Counted from the stretch's first letter, positions 30,530-39,738 are shown. The stretch: 64,000 bases of DNA from Cyanobacteriota bacterium (GCA_033764955.1 JANRIL010000038.1:117194-181193), one strand, 5' to 3'. Translations and numbers: made by a program. Notes: generated from the sequence alone by a model not told the origin.

Positions 30530-30881
30530 CGCCGCCCCTTCTTCCTATGGAGGATGACTCTTTGTGTATTATCGCTAGGGAAATGAACGCTTCTCCCCGT
30601 TGGCTAATGCTTCCTGACGATCCAATCAATCTGGCCGTCTATAGCTGGGTGATTCGTCGAAGTCTGATGGGTAGTGAGTCCAGAATCAGGGTGAGCCACC
30701 CACATCTGAAGAAGTTGTAGCAGCATTCACAGCCAAGTATTTGCAACTTGCTGGCAGTAAATAAGCTAGAAAAAGTTTGGGGCAGGGGGGCAGTGATGCC
30801 TGTGTTTGGGGCAGTGCCTTGCGAGATCTTAGCGATCAAACTTGCAAGTAACGTGAGGTGCGAATGGCCGAACGGGAGAGT

Positions 30882-30947
30882 TTATTTAACCCGTTCATGA
30901 TGGTGACTATGATCCTAATGCTGATGATGAGAATCATAATCCTGCAT
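30882..30947 (-). pseudogene. His-rich N-terminal stub of a lost (probably metal-handling) gene
   Basis: ATG 21 nt after the upstream stop; reads MQDYDSHHQH*DHSHHHERVK*. Confidence 0.4.
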
Positions 30948-30968
30948 GTCGTTGATGACGTGAAAGGG

Positions 30969-31814
30969 TTAATCCAGAATCCTGAGATTGCCTGAGGTGA
31001 TGCCGTTGGTGGGGTTTATTTCGGCAACAACGGCAGTAGAGATGGGATTGAGTTCTATGGATTTCATCGACTCAGGCATGATTGGTGAAAAGATCAACCC
31101 TGCTCCCATCAGCGCCATAATGGCGTTTTCGGCAAAGCTGACAATACCCAAGGGAGCCTTAGAGTTGCCCCCGACACACGCACAATTGAGGGCTAATTTG
31201 TCGATATAAATGGCCTTAAAAACAGATGTTGCTCCGGCCAGTCCGACGATCAACGATCCAATCCCAGTTGCAAGAGGAGCTAGGCCCGACAAGAATCCTA
31301 AGCCTACTAACAATTCAATAAATGGGTAGGCTTTGCCATAGGGCTTGAAGCGTTTGGTCACCAAATCATATTTCTCAAAGCTATTGGCAAACGCATTCAC
31401 ATCCATCAGCTTGAGTGAGGCCAGCATGGATAAAGAAATCCCCATGAAACCCGTCATGCCTAACGAAGTGGCCAACGTCACCAATCCAGCCGTTGAAAAC
31501 AAGGCCACCACAGGTGTGTAGGAGTAATCTGCCTTTACAGGAGCCACCTGCAACCGCTCCGCCAAGTCGGAGTAGCCCCCAATGCGCTCTTCCCCCCAGA
31601 AAATTTGTGGGGTAGTTGCCACGTTGTACTGGGCTTTGAACGCATCCACCTCGGCACGGGATCCCAGCTTGATGTCGGTAAACGGGATCCCTTTTTCGGT
31701 CAAGAGGTTGATGGCTCGCAACCCCCAAGGACATTCATGGTCAGGTGTAGACATCCGATAAAGTTTTACGGTTGCTCCAGTTGTTAAGGTGAGGGGAGTA
31801 GTCAGCGAGGTCAT
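30969..31814 (-). CDS. Glutaredoxin-like plus MauE/DoxX membrane domain fusion
   Basis: HECPWG and TTPQIF...IGGYSDL (Grx fold); FEKYDL...YPFIE...LNCACVGG...SFAEN (MauE). Confidence 0.85.
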   Translation of the reverse strand: MTSLTTPLTLTTGATVKLYRMSTPDHECPWGLRAINLLTEKGIPFTDIKLGSRAEVDAFKAQYNVATTPQIFWGEERIGGYSDLAERLQVAPVKADYSYTPVVALFSTAGLVTLATSLGMTGFMGISLSMLASLKLMDVNAFANSFEKYDLVTKRFKPYGKAYPFIELLVGLGFLSGLAPLATGIGSLIVGLAGATSVFKAIYIDKLALNCACVGGNSKAPLGIVSFAENAIMALMGAGLIFSPIMPESMKSIELNPISTAVVAEINPTNGITSGNLRILD

Positions 31815-31853
31815 GAGGTCGTCTCCTTAAGCATCGGTTTTGTTGATAAATCA

Positions 31854-31885
31854 ACCCTAAACTCTGTAGCCGACTGTAGAGTCAA
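31854..31885 (-). promoter_or_regulatory. MerR (ZntR/CoaR-type) promoter with 20-bp spacer driving the Grx-MauE gene
   Basis: TTGACT-CTACAGTCGGCTACAGAGTT-TAGGGT with dyad ACTCTACAG-N4-CTACAGAGT. Confidence 0.8.
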
Positions 31886-31932
31886 GCGAAAAATGGCTCG
31901 AACCATAGAAAATAATTTCTTTGACTTACGGG

Positions 31933-31964
31933 TTGACTCTCTATTTAGCTAGAAGGTTTATGCT
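31933..31964 (+). promoter_or_regulatory. Second MerR-type promoter with 20-bp spacer, driving the regulator gene
   Basis: TTGACT-CTCTATTTAGCTAGAAGGTT-TATGCT with partial dyad. Confidence 0.6.
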
Positions 31965-31989
31965 GGATAAGCTGGGTAGAGGATCTATC

Positions 31990-32454
31990 ATGACTACAAC
32001 AACCCTCTTCAAAATTGGAGATATTGCCAAACAAACTGGGGTTAGCGTTGGCACGTTGCGCTACTACGAGACTGAAAAACTGCTCCATCCTGCCGAGCGT
32101 GGGGAGAATGGCTATCGCTACTACGGCACAGAGACTCTAGAACAGGTGCAATTTATTAAGAAAGCCCAATCTCTGGGATTTTCTTTAGAGGAGATCCGTC
32201 ATATCCTTGAGGTGCGATTTTCCGGTGAGAAACCCTGCGAACTGGTACAAGATTTGCTGGCAGAGAAGATTAACCAATTAGAAAATCAGATCCAACAGAT
32301 GACTATATTCAAAACTGAGTTGGAAGAATATCGGGAGCTGTGGGGAAAAACTCCTGATGACCAAGAATTTTCTCGGGAAATCTGTCCCTTAGTCGCTAGT
32401 GTTCCTTTGAAAGCTAGTATTGAGTCTCTCACACCTGTATTTCAGTCTATCTAA
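31990..32454 (+). CDS. Heavy-metal-responsive MerR-family regulator
   Basis: FKIGDIAKQTGVSVGTLRYYE...GYRYY...FIKKAQSLGFSLEEI; Cys in KPCELV and EICPLV. Confidence 0.92.
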   Translation: MTTTTLFKIGDIAKQTGVSVGTLRYYETEKLLHPAERGENGYRYYGTETLEQVQFIKKAQSLGFSLEEIRHILEVRFSGEKPCELVQDLLAEKINQLENQIQQMTIFKTELEEYRELWGKTPDDQEFSREICPLVASVPLKASIESLTPVFQSI

Positions 32455-32871
32455 TGGCGAAGTTGTGCGGCGGTAGTGCCCTAGAGATAATGCTGGCAAA
32501 TTCAGCAGGATGCTAATTGAGAACGAACAAAGCCTACAACGCTCATTTCAGGTTACCTATTCTTAATAAGGTAACCCTGTAGAATATCCTCTTATTTCAT
32601 AGCCATCACTTGAATAAGACTACCGTATTTCTTAAGTTGCAGTACCATCACAACTCAAATGCAAGAAAATGCAGGAAAAGGTTGAAAATTGCTGGTACTG
32701 AGTTCGTGATTATCTGCCCCCCCAGGCTTGAGCGGTTGGGCAATCTCCGCAAAGGTGAATGCTTGCCTAAGTTTTGCGGCGATTCCCCTTGCCAGTCTGG
32801 TATCCTGGAGCCGTAATGCATTGTCCTTTCGCCCCATTTTCACTTTATTTAATCTTTCTAGGTCAAGCCTC

Positions 32872-33630
32872 ATGCAAGCCAACCTGATGTCAGGAACCGT
32901 GATCTCTAGCCCTTTTTATCCCCTCAAGGAGAATTTGCCCCACACGGAAACGGTCTTGATTGTGGATGACGAAGAGGTCATCCGCGAAACGGTAGCACTG
33001 GCGCTGGATGAACAGGGGTATCGCGTTTTGCAGGCCGCCGATGGCCGACAGGCTCTAGAGGTTGTCCACAATACGGATCAGATTGATCTCGTGATCTTGG
33101 ATCTGATGTTGCCCAGCCTGAATGGTCTGGATCTCTGTCGCCTCCTGCGCCGCGAAGGAAATGGGATCCCGATTTTGATGCTGTCGGCCAAAAGCAGCGA
33201 GACGGATCGAGTAGTGGGATTAGAACTGGGGGCGGATGACTATCTGACCAAGCCCTTTGGCATGAGAGAATTGATTGCCCGTTGTCGTTCTGTGCTGCGG
33301 CGGCAACAGCAAACCCAGGTGAGCGACAATCAGCAGGTGCTGCGGCATGGAGACATCTGTATGTATCCGCAGGAATGTCGGGTGTTGGTTCGCAACATTG
33401 AGGTTAACTTTTCCCCCAAAGAGTTTCGTCTCTTAGAACTCTTTATGACCCATCCCCGCCGTGTCTGGACTCGTGAACAATTGTTAGAGAAAATTTGGGG
33501 ATCCGACTTTATGGGGGATAGCAAAACCGTGGATGTGCATATTCGCTGGCTACGGGAAAAGCTGGAGTTGGATCCGAGTAACCCTGACTATTTGGTGACT
33601 GTGCGGGGCTTTGGCTATCGATTTGGCTGA
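32872..33630 (+). CDS. sphR: PhoB/SphR-like OmpR-family response regulator
   Basis: DLMLP, VVGLELGADDY, GDSKTVDVHIRWLREKLE.DPS.P.YLVTVRGFGYRFG; start chosen at ATG 32872. Confidence 0.75.
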   Translation: MQANLMSGTVISSPFYPLKENLPHTETVLIVDDEEVIRETVALALDEQGYRVLQAADGRQALEVVHNTDQIDLVILDLMLPSLNGLDLCRLLRREGNGIPILMLSAKSSETDRVVGLELGADDYLTKPFGMRELIARCRSVLRRQQQTQVSDNQQVLRHGDICMYPQECRVLVRNIEVNFSPKEFRLLELFMTHPRRVWTREQLLEKIWGSDFMGDSKTVDVHIRWLREKLELDPSNPDYLVTVRGFGYRFG

Positions 33631-33635
33631 TTGGC

Positions 33636-35021
33636 TCAATCTTGAGGTGGAATAGGGCGAATCTCCCAAAGCAGTTGTAGCTCTGTTTGGGTAGTTGATC
33701 CAACCGGGGATCCCAGACCATGAACAGTCACCTGACTAGCCACTTCCTCACCATTGGCATGAAAAAATCGTTTTTCTACGGTGTAGCTGGTCAGTTTTTG
33801 TTGCCGCCATTTTGCCATCATTTGCTCATCGACATTGAGATCCGCCGGATGAGTGATCAGGGTCAAGGTTTCTAGTTTTTGTAAATCCGCTAGGGAATAA
33901 CCCAAAAGGCTTTGCAGGGCTTGGTTCGCTTCCAAAACGCGAAATTGAGTATCCACCACCGCCAAGGCTACTGAACTGAGATTGAGGCTAATCCGTAATC
34001 CCTGCTTCACCTGTTGCAGAGCTGTGGTGGTGTGGCGGCGAGGGGTAATGTCTTCGAGGCTGCCCACTATCCGCACCGCTTTTCCCTGTGGTCCCGAAAA
34101 AATTCGCCCATAATCCCTGACCCACGCATAAAATCCATCTGCCCTCAGCCAGCGATACTCACACAAAAAAGTTTGCAAATCTCTCAGGCAGCTATCTAAC
34201 TGTTTGAGCACTTGTGGGCGGTCACTGGGATGAATCTGTTCTACCCACCAGAAGCGCCGTTCTGAGTCTGCGGTAATGCTGTGACCAAAGACCGTTCTCA
34301 AGGAGAGAGACCACTCCATTTGCCCCTGCTGCATATCCCACTCGTAGATCACCTGCCGACTGGCCTCCGTAGAAATCCGTAGCCAATCCATCAAGCGATT
34401 GGCCGTACTGCGGTGTTGCTGGGATTGACTGAGGCTACGCTGTTCTTCGTAGTAGCGAGCTAAAACCAGTTCTGTGAAAAGCAAGATCACCTGCATCTGA
34501 TCGATAAAGGTGGGCGTCCAAAAGTCAGCATGGCTAGCCCAGAGTCCAACCAACCAGGAGGGATCCCGTTGTCCCTTACACAGGCCAACCAGGTGAAATC
34601 CCAGGTGTAAAGGGGGAGAATGAATAGCTTTTTGAGGGGAAACCTCGCCCTCGAGGGGAGTATATTCGGCTATCCATCCCCCCTGATCCGGTGGGATCAC
34701 CATCACTTGTTGGGGAGTGGCTTGGAGTTCCTGGAGGAGTTGGGGGCGCAAACAGTGCAGTTGAGTGGCAAACAGTTCTTGAGGATGATCCGGATCCGCT
34801 GCCCAAAAGCCCTGGATCACGGGAGCCTCTAAACTCATCATCGAACCGATCCAAAATCTTGTGCCTGGACAGAATTGCTGCAAGCCGTATCCCACCTTCT
34901 GCAACAGATCCAGAGGGTTTTGCGCCTGTTGGGTTTGTTTGACTAACGCTGCTAAATCTTGCCAAGCCAAAATGGGGTAGGACACTCGCTCATCCAAACT
35001 GTCGAAGGAATTCCTGTCCAT
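33636..35021 (-). CDS. PAS-domain sensory protein (two PAS/PAC domains), no output domain
   Basis: IYEWD...QIHPSDR...EYRWLRADG.YAWVRD.G...G.LEDIT; second PAS ANQALQSLLGYS...ITHPAD...EKRFFHANG. Confidence 0.8.
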   Translation of the reverse strand: MDRNSFDSLDERVSYPILAWQDLAALVKQTQQAQNPLDLLQKVGYGLQQFCPGTRFWIGSMMSLEAPVIQGFWAADPDHPQELFATQLHCLRPQLLQELQATPQQVMVIPPDQGGWIAEYTPLEGEVSPQKAIHSPPLHLGFHLVGLCKGQRDPSWLVGLWASHADFWTPTFIDQMQVILLFTELVLARYYEEQRSLSQSQQHRSTANRLMDWLRISTEASRQVIYEWDMQQGQMEWSLSLRTVFGHSITADSERRFWWVEQIHPSDRPQVLKQLDSCLRDLQTFLCEYRWLRADGFYAWVRDYGRIFSGPQGKAVRIVGSLEDITPRRHTTTALQQVKQGLRISLNLSSVALAVVDTQFRVLEANQALQSLLGYSLADLQKLETLTLITHPADLNVDEQMMAKWRQQKLTSYTVEKRFFHANGEEVASQVTVHGLGSPVGSTTQTELQLLWEIRPIPPQD

Positions 35022-35097
35022 CAGATTAACCTGTACCCTGCGGCTCAGCACGCGGATTCTTTTGAGGGGAGTCGGGGCTAAGATGATTCATCATGCC

Positions 35098-35123
35098 AAA
35101 AAAGCAAGGGGGATCTCCCTTGC
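35098..35123 (-). terminator. Intrinsic terminator after the small membrane protein gene
   Basis: GCAAGGG/CCCTTGC stem followed by a T6 tract on the minus strand. Confidence 0.7.
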
Positions 35124-35168
35124 TAGCTTGTGCTGATGGTTAACTTTCAAGAAACAAGATGGATGGGG

Positions 35169-35405
35169 TTAGCCTTGGCCCATCAAACGAGTCAAGCTTT
35201 TTTCGGCTCGGTAGCTAGAAGCCCGCTCTTGATAGTTGACTTGCTTGCCTGTCAGGATGCTGGCTAAGCGGTGAAAGCCTGCCGACTTCCAGTTGCGCTC
35301 ATGAATGGGCTTGGACTGCTCTCCCAGAAAATAAGCTTGGGAGCCGATGGCGGCCACCGCTACCCAACCCACCACAAACAAAGTTCCTAAGATGACGAGT
35401 TCCAT
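35169..35405 (-). CDS. Single-TM photosystem II-associated protein (Psb35-related)
   Basis: FVVGWVA..IGSQAYFLGEQSKPIHERNW motif. Confidence 0.65.
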   Translation of the reverse strand: MELVILGTLFVVGWVAVAAIGSQAYFLGEQSKPIHERNWKSAGFHRLASILTGKQVNYQERASSYRAEKSLTRLMGQG

Positions 35406-35627
35406 GCTGGCTCCTTACATTGCAGAATATTTCTTCATGTAAAGAAATATAACATATTCTTGACTTGGTTCGTCAAGCCTTTTTGGCATCTGAGGAGGGA
35501 TCCCCACAGTGGCCAGGAGGCCACTCTCCGGTTTGCAGAGGATCTATCCAGAAAAACTCATCCTGTCATCGTCGATTTCCCAGACAAGCTGGCTATGCTG
35601 GAGGCGCATTGGCTCTTGGTTAAGGTC

Positions 35628-36572
35628 ATGACTGAAACAATCCGACAGATTCTCTCGTGGTATGGCAGTGATCACCCCGGCACCCTGACCAATTTGGCAC
35701 GGCTGCTCAATCACGGACGGTTAGCAGGAACCGGAAAGATGGTCATTCTGCCTGTGGATCAGGGGTTTGAGCATGGTCCCGCCCGTAGTTTTGCCCCCAA
35801 TCCTCCGGCTTATGATCCCCACTACCACTTTCGCTTGGCCATCACGGCGGGGTGCAATGCCTATGCCGCTCCCTTGGGGTTTTTGGAGGCGGGGGCACGG
35901 GAGTTTGCCGGAGAGATTCCCCTGATTTTGAAGGTGAATGATCATGATCTGTTGCAGGATGAGAAGGATCCCTTACAGGCATTGACGGGCAGTGTTGGGG
36001 ATGCCCTACGGTTGGGTTGTGTAGGAATTGGCTTCACCATTTATCCGGGATCCACCCACCGTTTTGAGATGTATCAACAAATCCGTGCCTATTCGGAAGA
36101 AGCCAAGCGCCATGGCTTGGTGGTGGTGATCTGGTCTTATCCGCGGGGATCGGGACTGACCAAAGCCGGAGAAACCGCCATCGATGTCTGTGGCTATGCC
36201 GCCCATATTGCCGCTCAGTTGGGTGCCCATATTATTAAGGTCAAACTCCCCACCCCCCATATCGAACAGGAAGCCGCCCGTAAGGTGTATGAGAAAGAAG
36301 GGATCCCGATTGCCACATTGGCGGAACGGGTGCGTCATGTAGTGCAGTGTGCCTTTGGGGGGCGGCGCATTGTTATTTTTTCAGGAGGCCCCACGGAGGG
36401 AGATGCGGACATTTTGCGGGAAGTGAAAGGGATAGAGGAAGGAGGAGGCTTTGGCTCCATTATCGGTCGTAACTCCTTTCAACGCCCCCAGGATCAAGCA
36501 ATTCAACTGCTGCACAAGATTATGGCTATCTACGCAGGGGAAGCCGTGGCGGAAGAAGCTGGGTCTAAATAA
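35628..36572 (+). CDS. fbaB: Class I (DhnA/FbaB-type) fructose-bisphosphate aldolase
   Basis: ILPVDQGFEHGP, GFTIYPGS, WSYPRG, AHIIKVK (Schiff-base Lys), FSGG, IIGRNSFQ. Confidence 0.9.
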   Translation: MTETIRQILSWYGSDHPGTLTNLARLLNHGRLAGTGKMVILPVDQGFEHGPARSFAPNPPAYDPHYHFRLAITAGCNAYAAPLGFLEAGAREFAGEIPLILKVNDHDLLQDEKDPLQALTGSVGDALRLGCVGIGFTIYPGSTHRFEMYQQIRAYSEEAKRHGLVVVIWSYPRGSGLTKAGETAIDVCGYAAHIAAQLGAHIIKVKLPTPHIEQEAARKVYEKEGIPIATLAERVRHVVQCAFGGRRIVIFSGGPTEGDADILREVKGIEEGGGFGSIIGRNSFQRPQDQAIQLLHKIMAIYAGEAVAEEAGSK

Positions 36573-36653
36573 TTGGGCACGATTGTGGATGCCGTCATGG
36601 TGTGTGGTCAGCATCATGCACCGATTGCCGGATCCATTGCCGATCTGAGGGGG

Positions 36654-38681
36654 CTAGAGATTCTGGCTATCCCTAAATTGGCCTAAGGCTTGTTTGACCT
36701 GCTGCATAACCCCCGACCAATTGCCCGCTTGGGTTTGGCGAAACAATCGCGCCGTCGGATACCAAGGGCTGTCACTACGCTGCATCAACCACCGCCAATC
36801 GGGCAGATAGGGCAACAAAATCCAGACGGGTTTGCCCAATGCCCCCGCCAAGTGAGCTACAGAGGTATCAACGGAGACAATCAAATCCATCTGGTTAATC
36901 AGGCTGGCCGTATCAGCAAAATCATTAAGATAAGGGGAGAGATCGTGAAGGGATTGCTGCTGCTCCGCTTCTCGAAAAGCCCGTTCATCGGCTAGAGGAA
37001 TATCTTTTTGCAGGCTATAAAAACTCATGGCGGGATCTACCCCTCCCTCCAATAAAACCGCCATCTCTGGCCATGCCATCGAACGCTTATGGTAGGTCAC
37101 ATTCGGAAAGCCAGAGGCCCACACCAGACCCACTTTGGGTAGGGATCCCTCTAGCCGCAGCGGTGGCGGAGTGGTGGCGCGTAGATAGGGAACCGTGGCA
37201 GGCACTGAGTCGAGAGTGGTTTGTAGGAGGTAGGGCAAGCTGAGCAAAGGCAGGACAACATCGGCGCTGGGCAAAGGGGTCTGCGGGGGCAGAAGGGGAG
37301 GGATCCCTTCTAGGCTGGCAAAAAGTCGCTGCAATGAAGCTGGCCCAACCATCTGCACTTGCATCCCCTCTTCCACTAGACGGGGCAAATAGCGGACAAG
37401 CTGGATGGAATCCCCTAAGCCCTGTTCACAGATCAGGAGTAAGGAAGGCTGAGTCATTTGAGCAAAGCGCTGGGGCAAATGAAAATCTGGCAGACCCCGC
37501 CGCCATTCATACTGCAAAAAGCCCCGCGACCACTCCCCCCTCAGCAGCAACGTCAAGCCCAAATTGATATTGGCAGTCGGCCAACGGGGATGCAGGCGGA
37601 CGGCTTCCTGAAAACAGGCCAGTGCAAGCTCCAGATGCCCTTGTTCCTGCCAAATTAACCCCAAATTATTGTGGGCTTCTGCATAATCGGGATCCCGAAT
37701 CAGAGCGCGTTGAAAGTGAGTTTTGGCTTCTTCCAAACGATCTTGAGCGGATAAGATCACCCCAATTTGATTATGATCATGGGCGGTGTTTTGAACGGCA
37801 AAATAAAGCGGGTTAAGCTGTTGAGCGGTTTGAAAATGCTCTCTGGCCTGCTGACGGTAGCCGAAGTCGGTGAGGGCTAAGCCGAGGGAAATGTGGGCAA
37901 CAAAAAAATTAGGATTGAGTTGTAAGGCTCGCTCTAGATAGAGGATCGCCTCAGATAATCGGTATTGTTTGTGGAGGGTGATACCCAAGTTGCTGCAAAT
38001 TTCAAAAGACTGAGGCTGCAAAGCCAATGCCTGTTCAAAGCAGGTAACGGCTTTATCCATATGACCCATATCTCGCCAAACGGATCCTAAATTATTGTGC
38101 AGTTCGGCAGCCTCCGGTTGGAGGGTAAGGGCGCGTTGATAACAAAAAACAGCCGACTCTAAATCCCCTGACATTTCATAGGTGGCGGCTAAATTGGCAA
38201 GGGCGGGCATAAACATCGGCTCTATCTCCAGAGCCGCCTGAAAAGAACGAACGGCTTCGGAAGGATATCCCATAGCCCGCCAGACCAATCCCAAGCCATT
38301 GTGAGCTTCCACAAACCGAGGATCCCATTGCAGGGCTTGCTGAAAGGCAATACGAGCGGGATCCCATTTCCCCAGTTGTCGCAGCACCACCCCCAGGTTG
38401 TAGTGGGCTTGGGGCTGATTCGGCTGTAGTTGACAGGCAGCCACCAAAAACCGAATGGCTTGCTGAAAGTTGCCCTGAGTATGGGCGATTAGTCCTAAGC
38501 GATGCAGCGCCTCTGGCTGACGGGGGTTGTGGGCTAAAACCTGTTGATAAAGTTGGGCGGCGGAAGCAAGTGCCCCGGCCTCCAGATAGTGAAGAGCTAG
38601 GTTGAGGGTTTCAGGAAGGGAGGCCGGGAGATGGGATGGAAGCGAATGTTGGCTACCCCCAGCCGCCGAATGATCGCGCAT
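36654..38681 (-). CDS. TPR-repeat protein with C-terminal GT9-like glycosyltransferase domain
   Basis: Many AHNNLG-type TPRs; EQGLGDSIQ, SVDTSVAHLAGALGKP, DWRW, SPWYPTARLFRQ. Confidence 0.9.
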   Translation of the reverse strand: MRDHSAAGGSQHSLPSHLPASLPETLNLALHYLEAGALASAAQLYQQVLAHNPRQPEALHRLGLIAHTQGNFQQAIRFLVAACQLQPNQPQAHYNLGVVLRQLGKWDPARIAFQQALQWDPRFVEAHNGLGLVWRAMGYPSEAVRSFQAALEIEPMFMPALANLAATYEMSGDLESAVFCYQRALTLQPEAAELHNNLGSVWRDMGHMDKAVTCFEQALALQPQSFEICSNLGITLHKQYRLSEAILYLERALQLNPNFFVAHISLGLALTDFGYRQQAREHFQTAQQLNPLYFAVQNTAHDHNQIGVILSAQDRLEEAKTHFQRALIRDPDYAEAHNNLGLIWQEQGHLELALACFQEAVRLHPRWPTANINLGLTLLLRGEWSRGFLQYEWRRGLPDFHLPQRFAQMTQPSLLLICEQGLGDSIQLVRYLPRLVEEGMQVQMVGPASLQRLFASLEGIPPLLPPQTPLPSADVVLPLLSLPYLLQTTLDSVPATVPYLRATTPPPLRLEGSLPKVGLVWASGFPNVTYHKRSMAWPEMAVLLEGGVDPAMSFYSLQKDIPLADERAFREAEQQQSLHDLSPYLNDFADTASLINQMDLIVSVDTSVAHLAGALGKPVWILLPYLPDWRWLMQRSDSPWYPTARLFRQTQAGNWSGVMQQVKQALGQFRDSQNL

Positions 38682-38742
38682 ATATATTCAACCCCATCAC
38701 AACTAACCGAGATGTTAGCCTACCCTAGAGAGTGATCAATGG

Positions 38743-39411
38743 ATGGGATCCGTGACCGTTTGCAACACCTCAGCTCCTCATGATGGTGACAAGCCAGATC
38801 CAAAAGATCCGACGGCCTGCCAGTCCACCCCTAGCTGGCTCAGTTTAGTTCAGCGCGCCCTGCACCGCAATCGCAGCCATCCAGCATCCCGCTATCTGCA
38901 ACTGGCCACCGTAGATGCTCAGGGATCCCCACACAACCGCACCCTAGTCTTTCGGGGTTTTCTGCCGTCAACCCAACAACTGCGCTTGGCCACCGATAGC
39001 CGCAGTGAAAAGTTAGAGCAGATTCAGCACTCTTCCCAGGCAGAAATTTGTTGGTACTTTACCAAAACCCGTGAGCAATTTCGCATCACAGGTTCGATCC
39101 AGCCCATCACCGCTAATCACCCAGGACGTGCCGAACAAGCCCAACGACAGCAGCTATGGCAGGAGCTATCCTCCTCTGGTAAATTACTCTGGTATTGGCC
39201 CCAGCCAAAAACGGAACAAGCAGATATGTCTCTTTACCCGCAACAGTTGCCTGATACAGCCAATCAACCACCCGAAACCTTTGTCTTATTACTGCTCACC
39301 CCCACCGCTGTGGATCACCTGCAATTGCAGGGAGATGGCCTCTATCCCCAATGCCGCCAACTTTATTGGCTGAAACAAGGCCAATGGCAAACCTTAAAAG
39401 TTAATCCATAA
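38743..39411 (+). CDS. PPOX-type FMN-binding flavoprotein (Npun_F5749-like)
   Basis: YLQLATV, NRTLVFRGF, TDSRSEK, EICWYFTKTREQFRI. Confidence 0.88.
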   Translation: MGSVTVCNTSAPHDGDKPDPKDPTACQSTPSWLSLVQRALHRNRSHPASRYLQLATVDAQGSPHNRTLVFRGFLPSTQQLRLATDSRSEKLEQIQHSSQAEICWYFTKTREQFRITGSIQPITANHPGRAEQAQRQQLWQELSSSGKLLWYWPQPKTEQADMSLYPQQLPDTANQPPETFVLLLLTPTAVDHLQLQGDGLYPQCRQLYWLKQGQWQTLKVNP

Positions 39412-39484
39412 AGCTCCTGAGACTGGCTAGGAACAGCCCAATTTAGTAAAAAAAATTTAAAGAATTAGTCTCCCAAAAGTACAC

Positions 39485-39515
39485 GAGAGAGCTAACCCAT
39501 AGGGTTAACCCTCTC
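39485..39515 (-). terminator. Hairpin terminator downstream of the DUF4278 gene
   Basis: GAGAGGGTTAACCC-TAT-GGGTTAGCTCTCTC on minus strand, 14-bp stem with G-U pairs. Confidence 0.65.
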
Positions 39516-39564
39516 ATGTTAGGGTGCTGAAAGACTGGAGGAAAAAGCTAGCAAAACCGCAAAA

Positions 39565-39738
39565 TTAGAACGGAATGCCGCGATATTGTAAAGGCTGCTG
39601 AGGATGGACAAAACCTGATTTGCTGGTGTGTTGCACCTTGATGGAATGTCCTCGATATTGGGTGGTAACTTCTTGATGACTTAACTCCACACAGGGGGCA
39701 GTGAAGTCGTATCCATGACCACGGAAAGAGAGTTTCAT
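39565..39738 (-). CDS. DUF4278 microprotein (57 aa; IF17 N-terminus / PirA-like)
   Basis: Not in ORF track. MKLSFRGHGYDFTAPCVELSHQEVTTQYRGHSIKVQHTSKSGFVHPQQPLQYRGIPF* has three (F/Y)RG repeats; GAGG RBS upstream. Confidence 0.88.
   Translation of the reverse strand: MKLSFRGHGYDFTAPCVELSHQEVTTQYRGHSIKVQHTSKSGFVHPQQPLQYRGIPF

Noticed and set aside
30547..30839. Small ORFs between the GTPase and the His-rich stub (57 aa plus, 66 aa minus)
   Set aside because: No motif or convincing RBS; looks like insertion-boundary debris
32838..32855. Possible Pho box upstream of the SphR-like gene
   Set aside because: Only one good PyTTAAPyPy(T/A) unit, and the neighbour is at 10-bp rather than 11-bp period
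39088..39105. GGTTCGATCC resembling a tRNA T-loop (also near 8699)
   Set aside because: Inside protein-coding genes, with no cloverleaf around it
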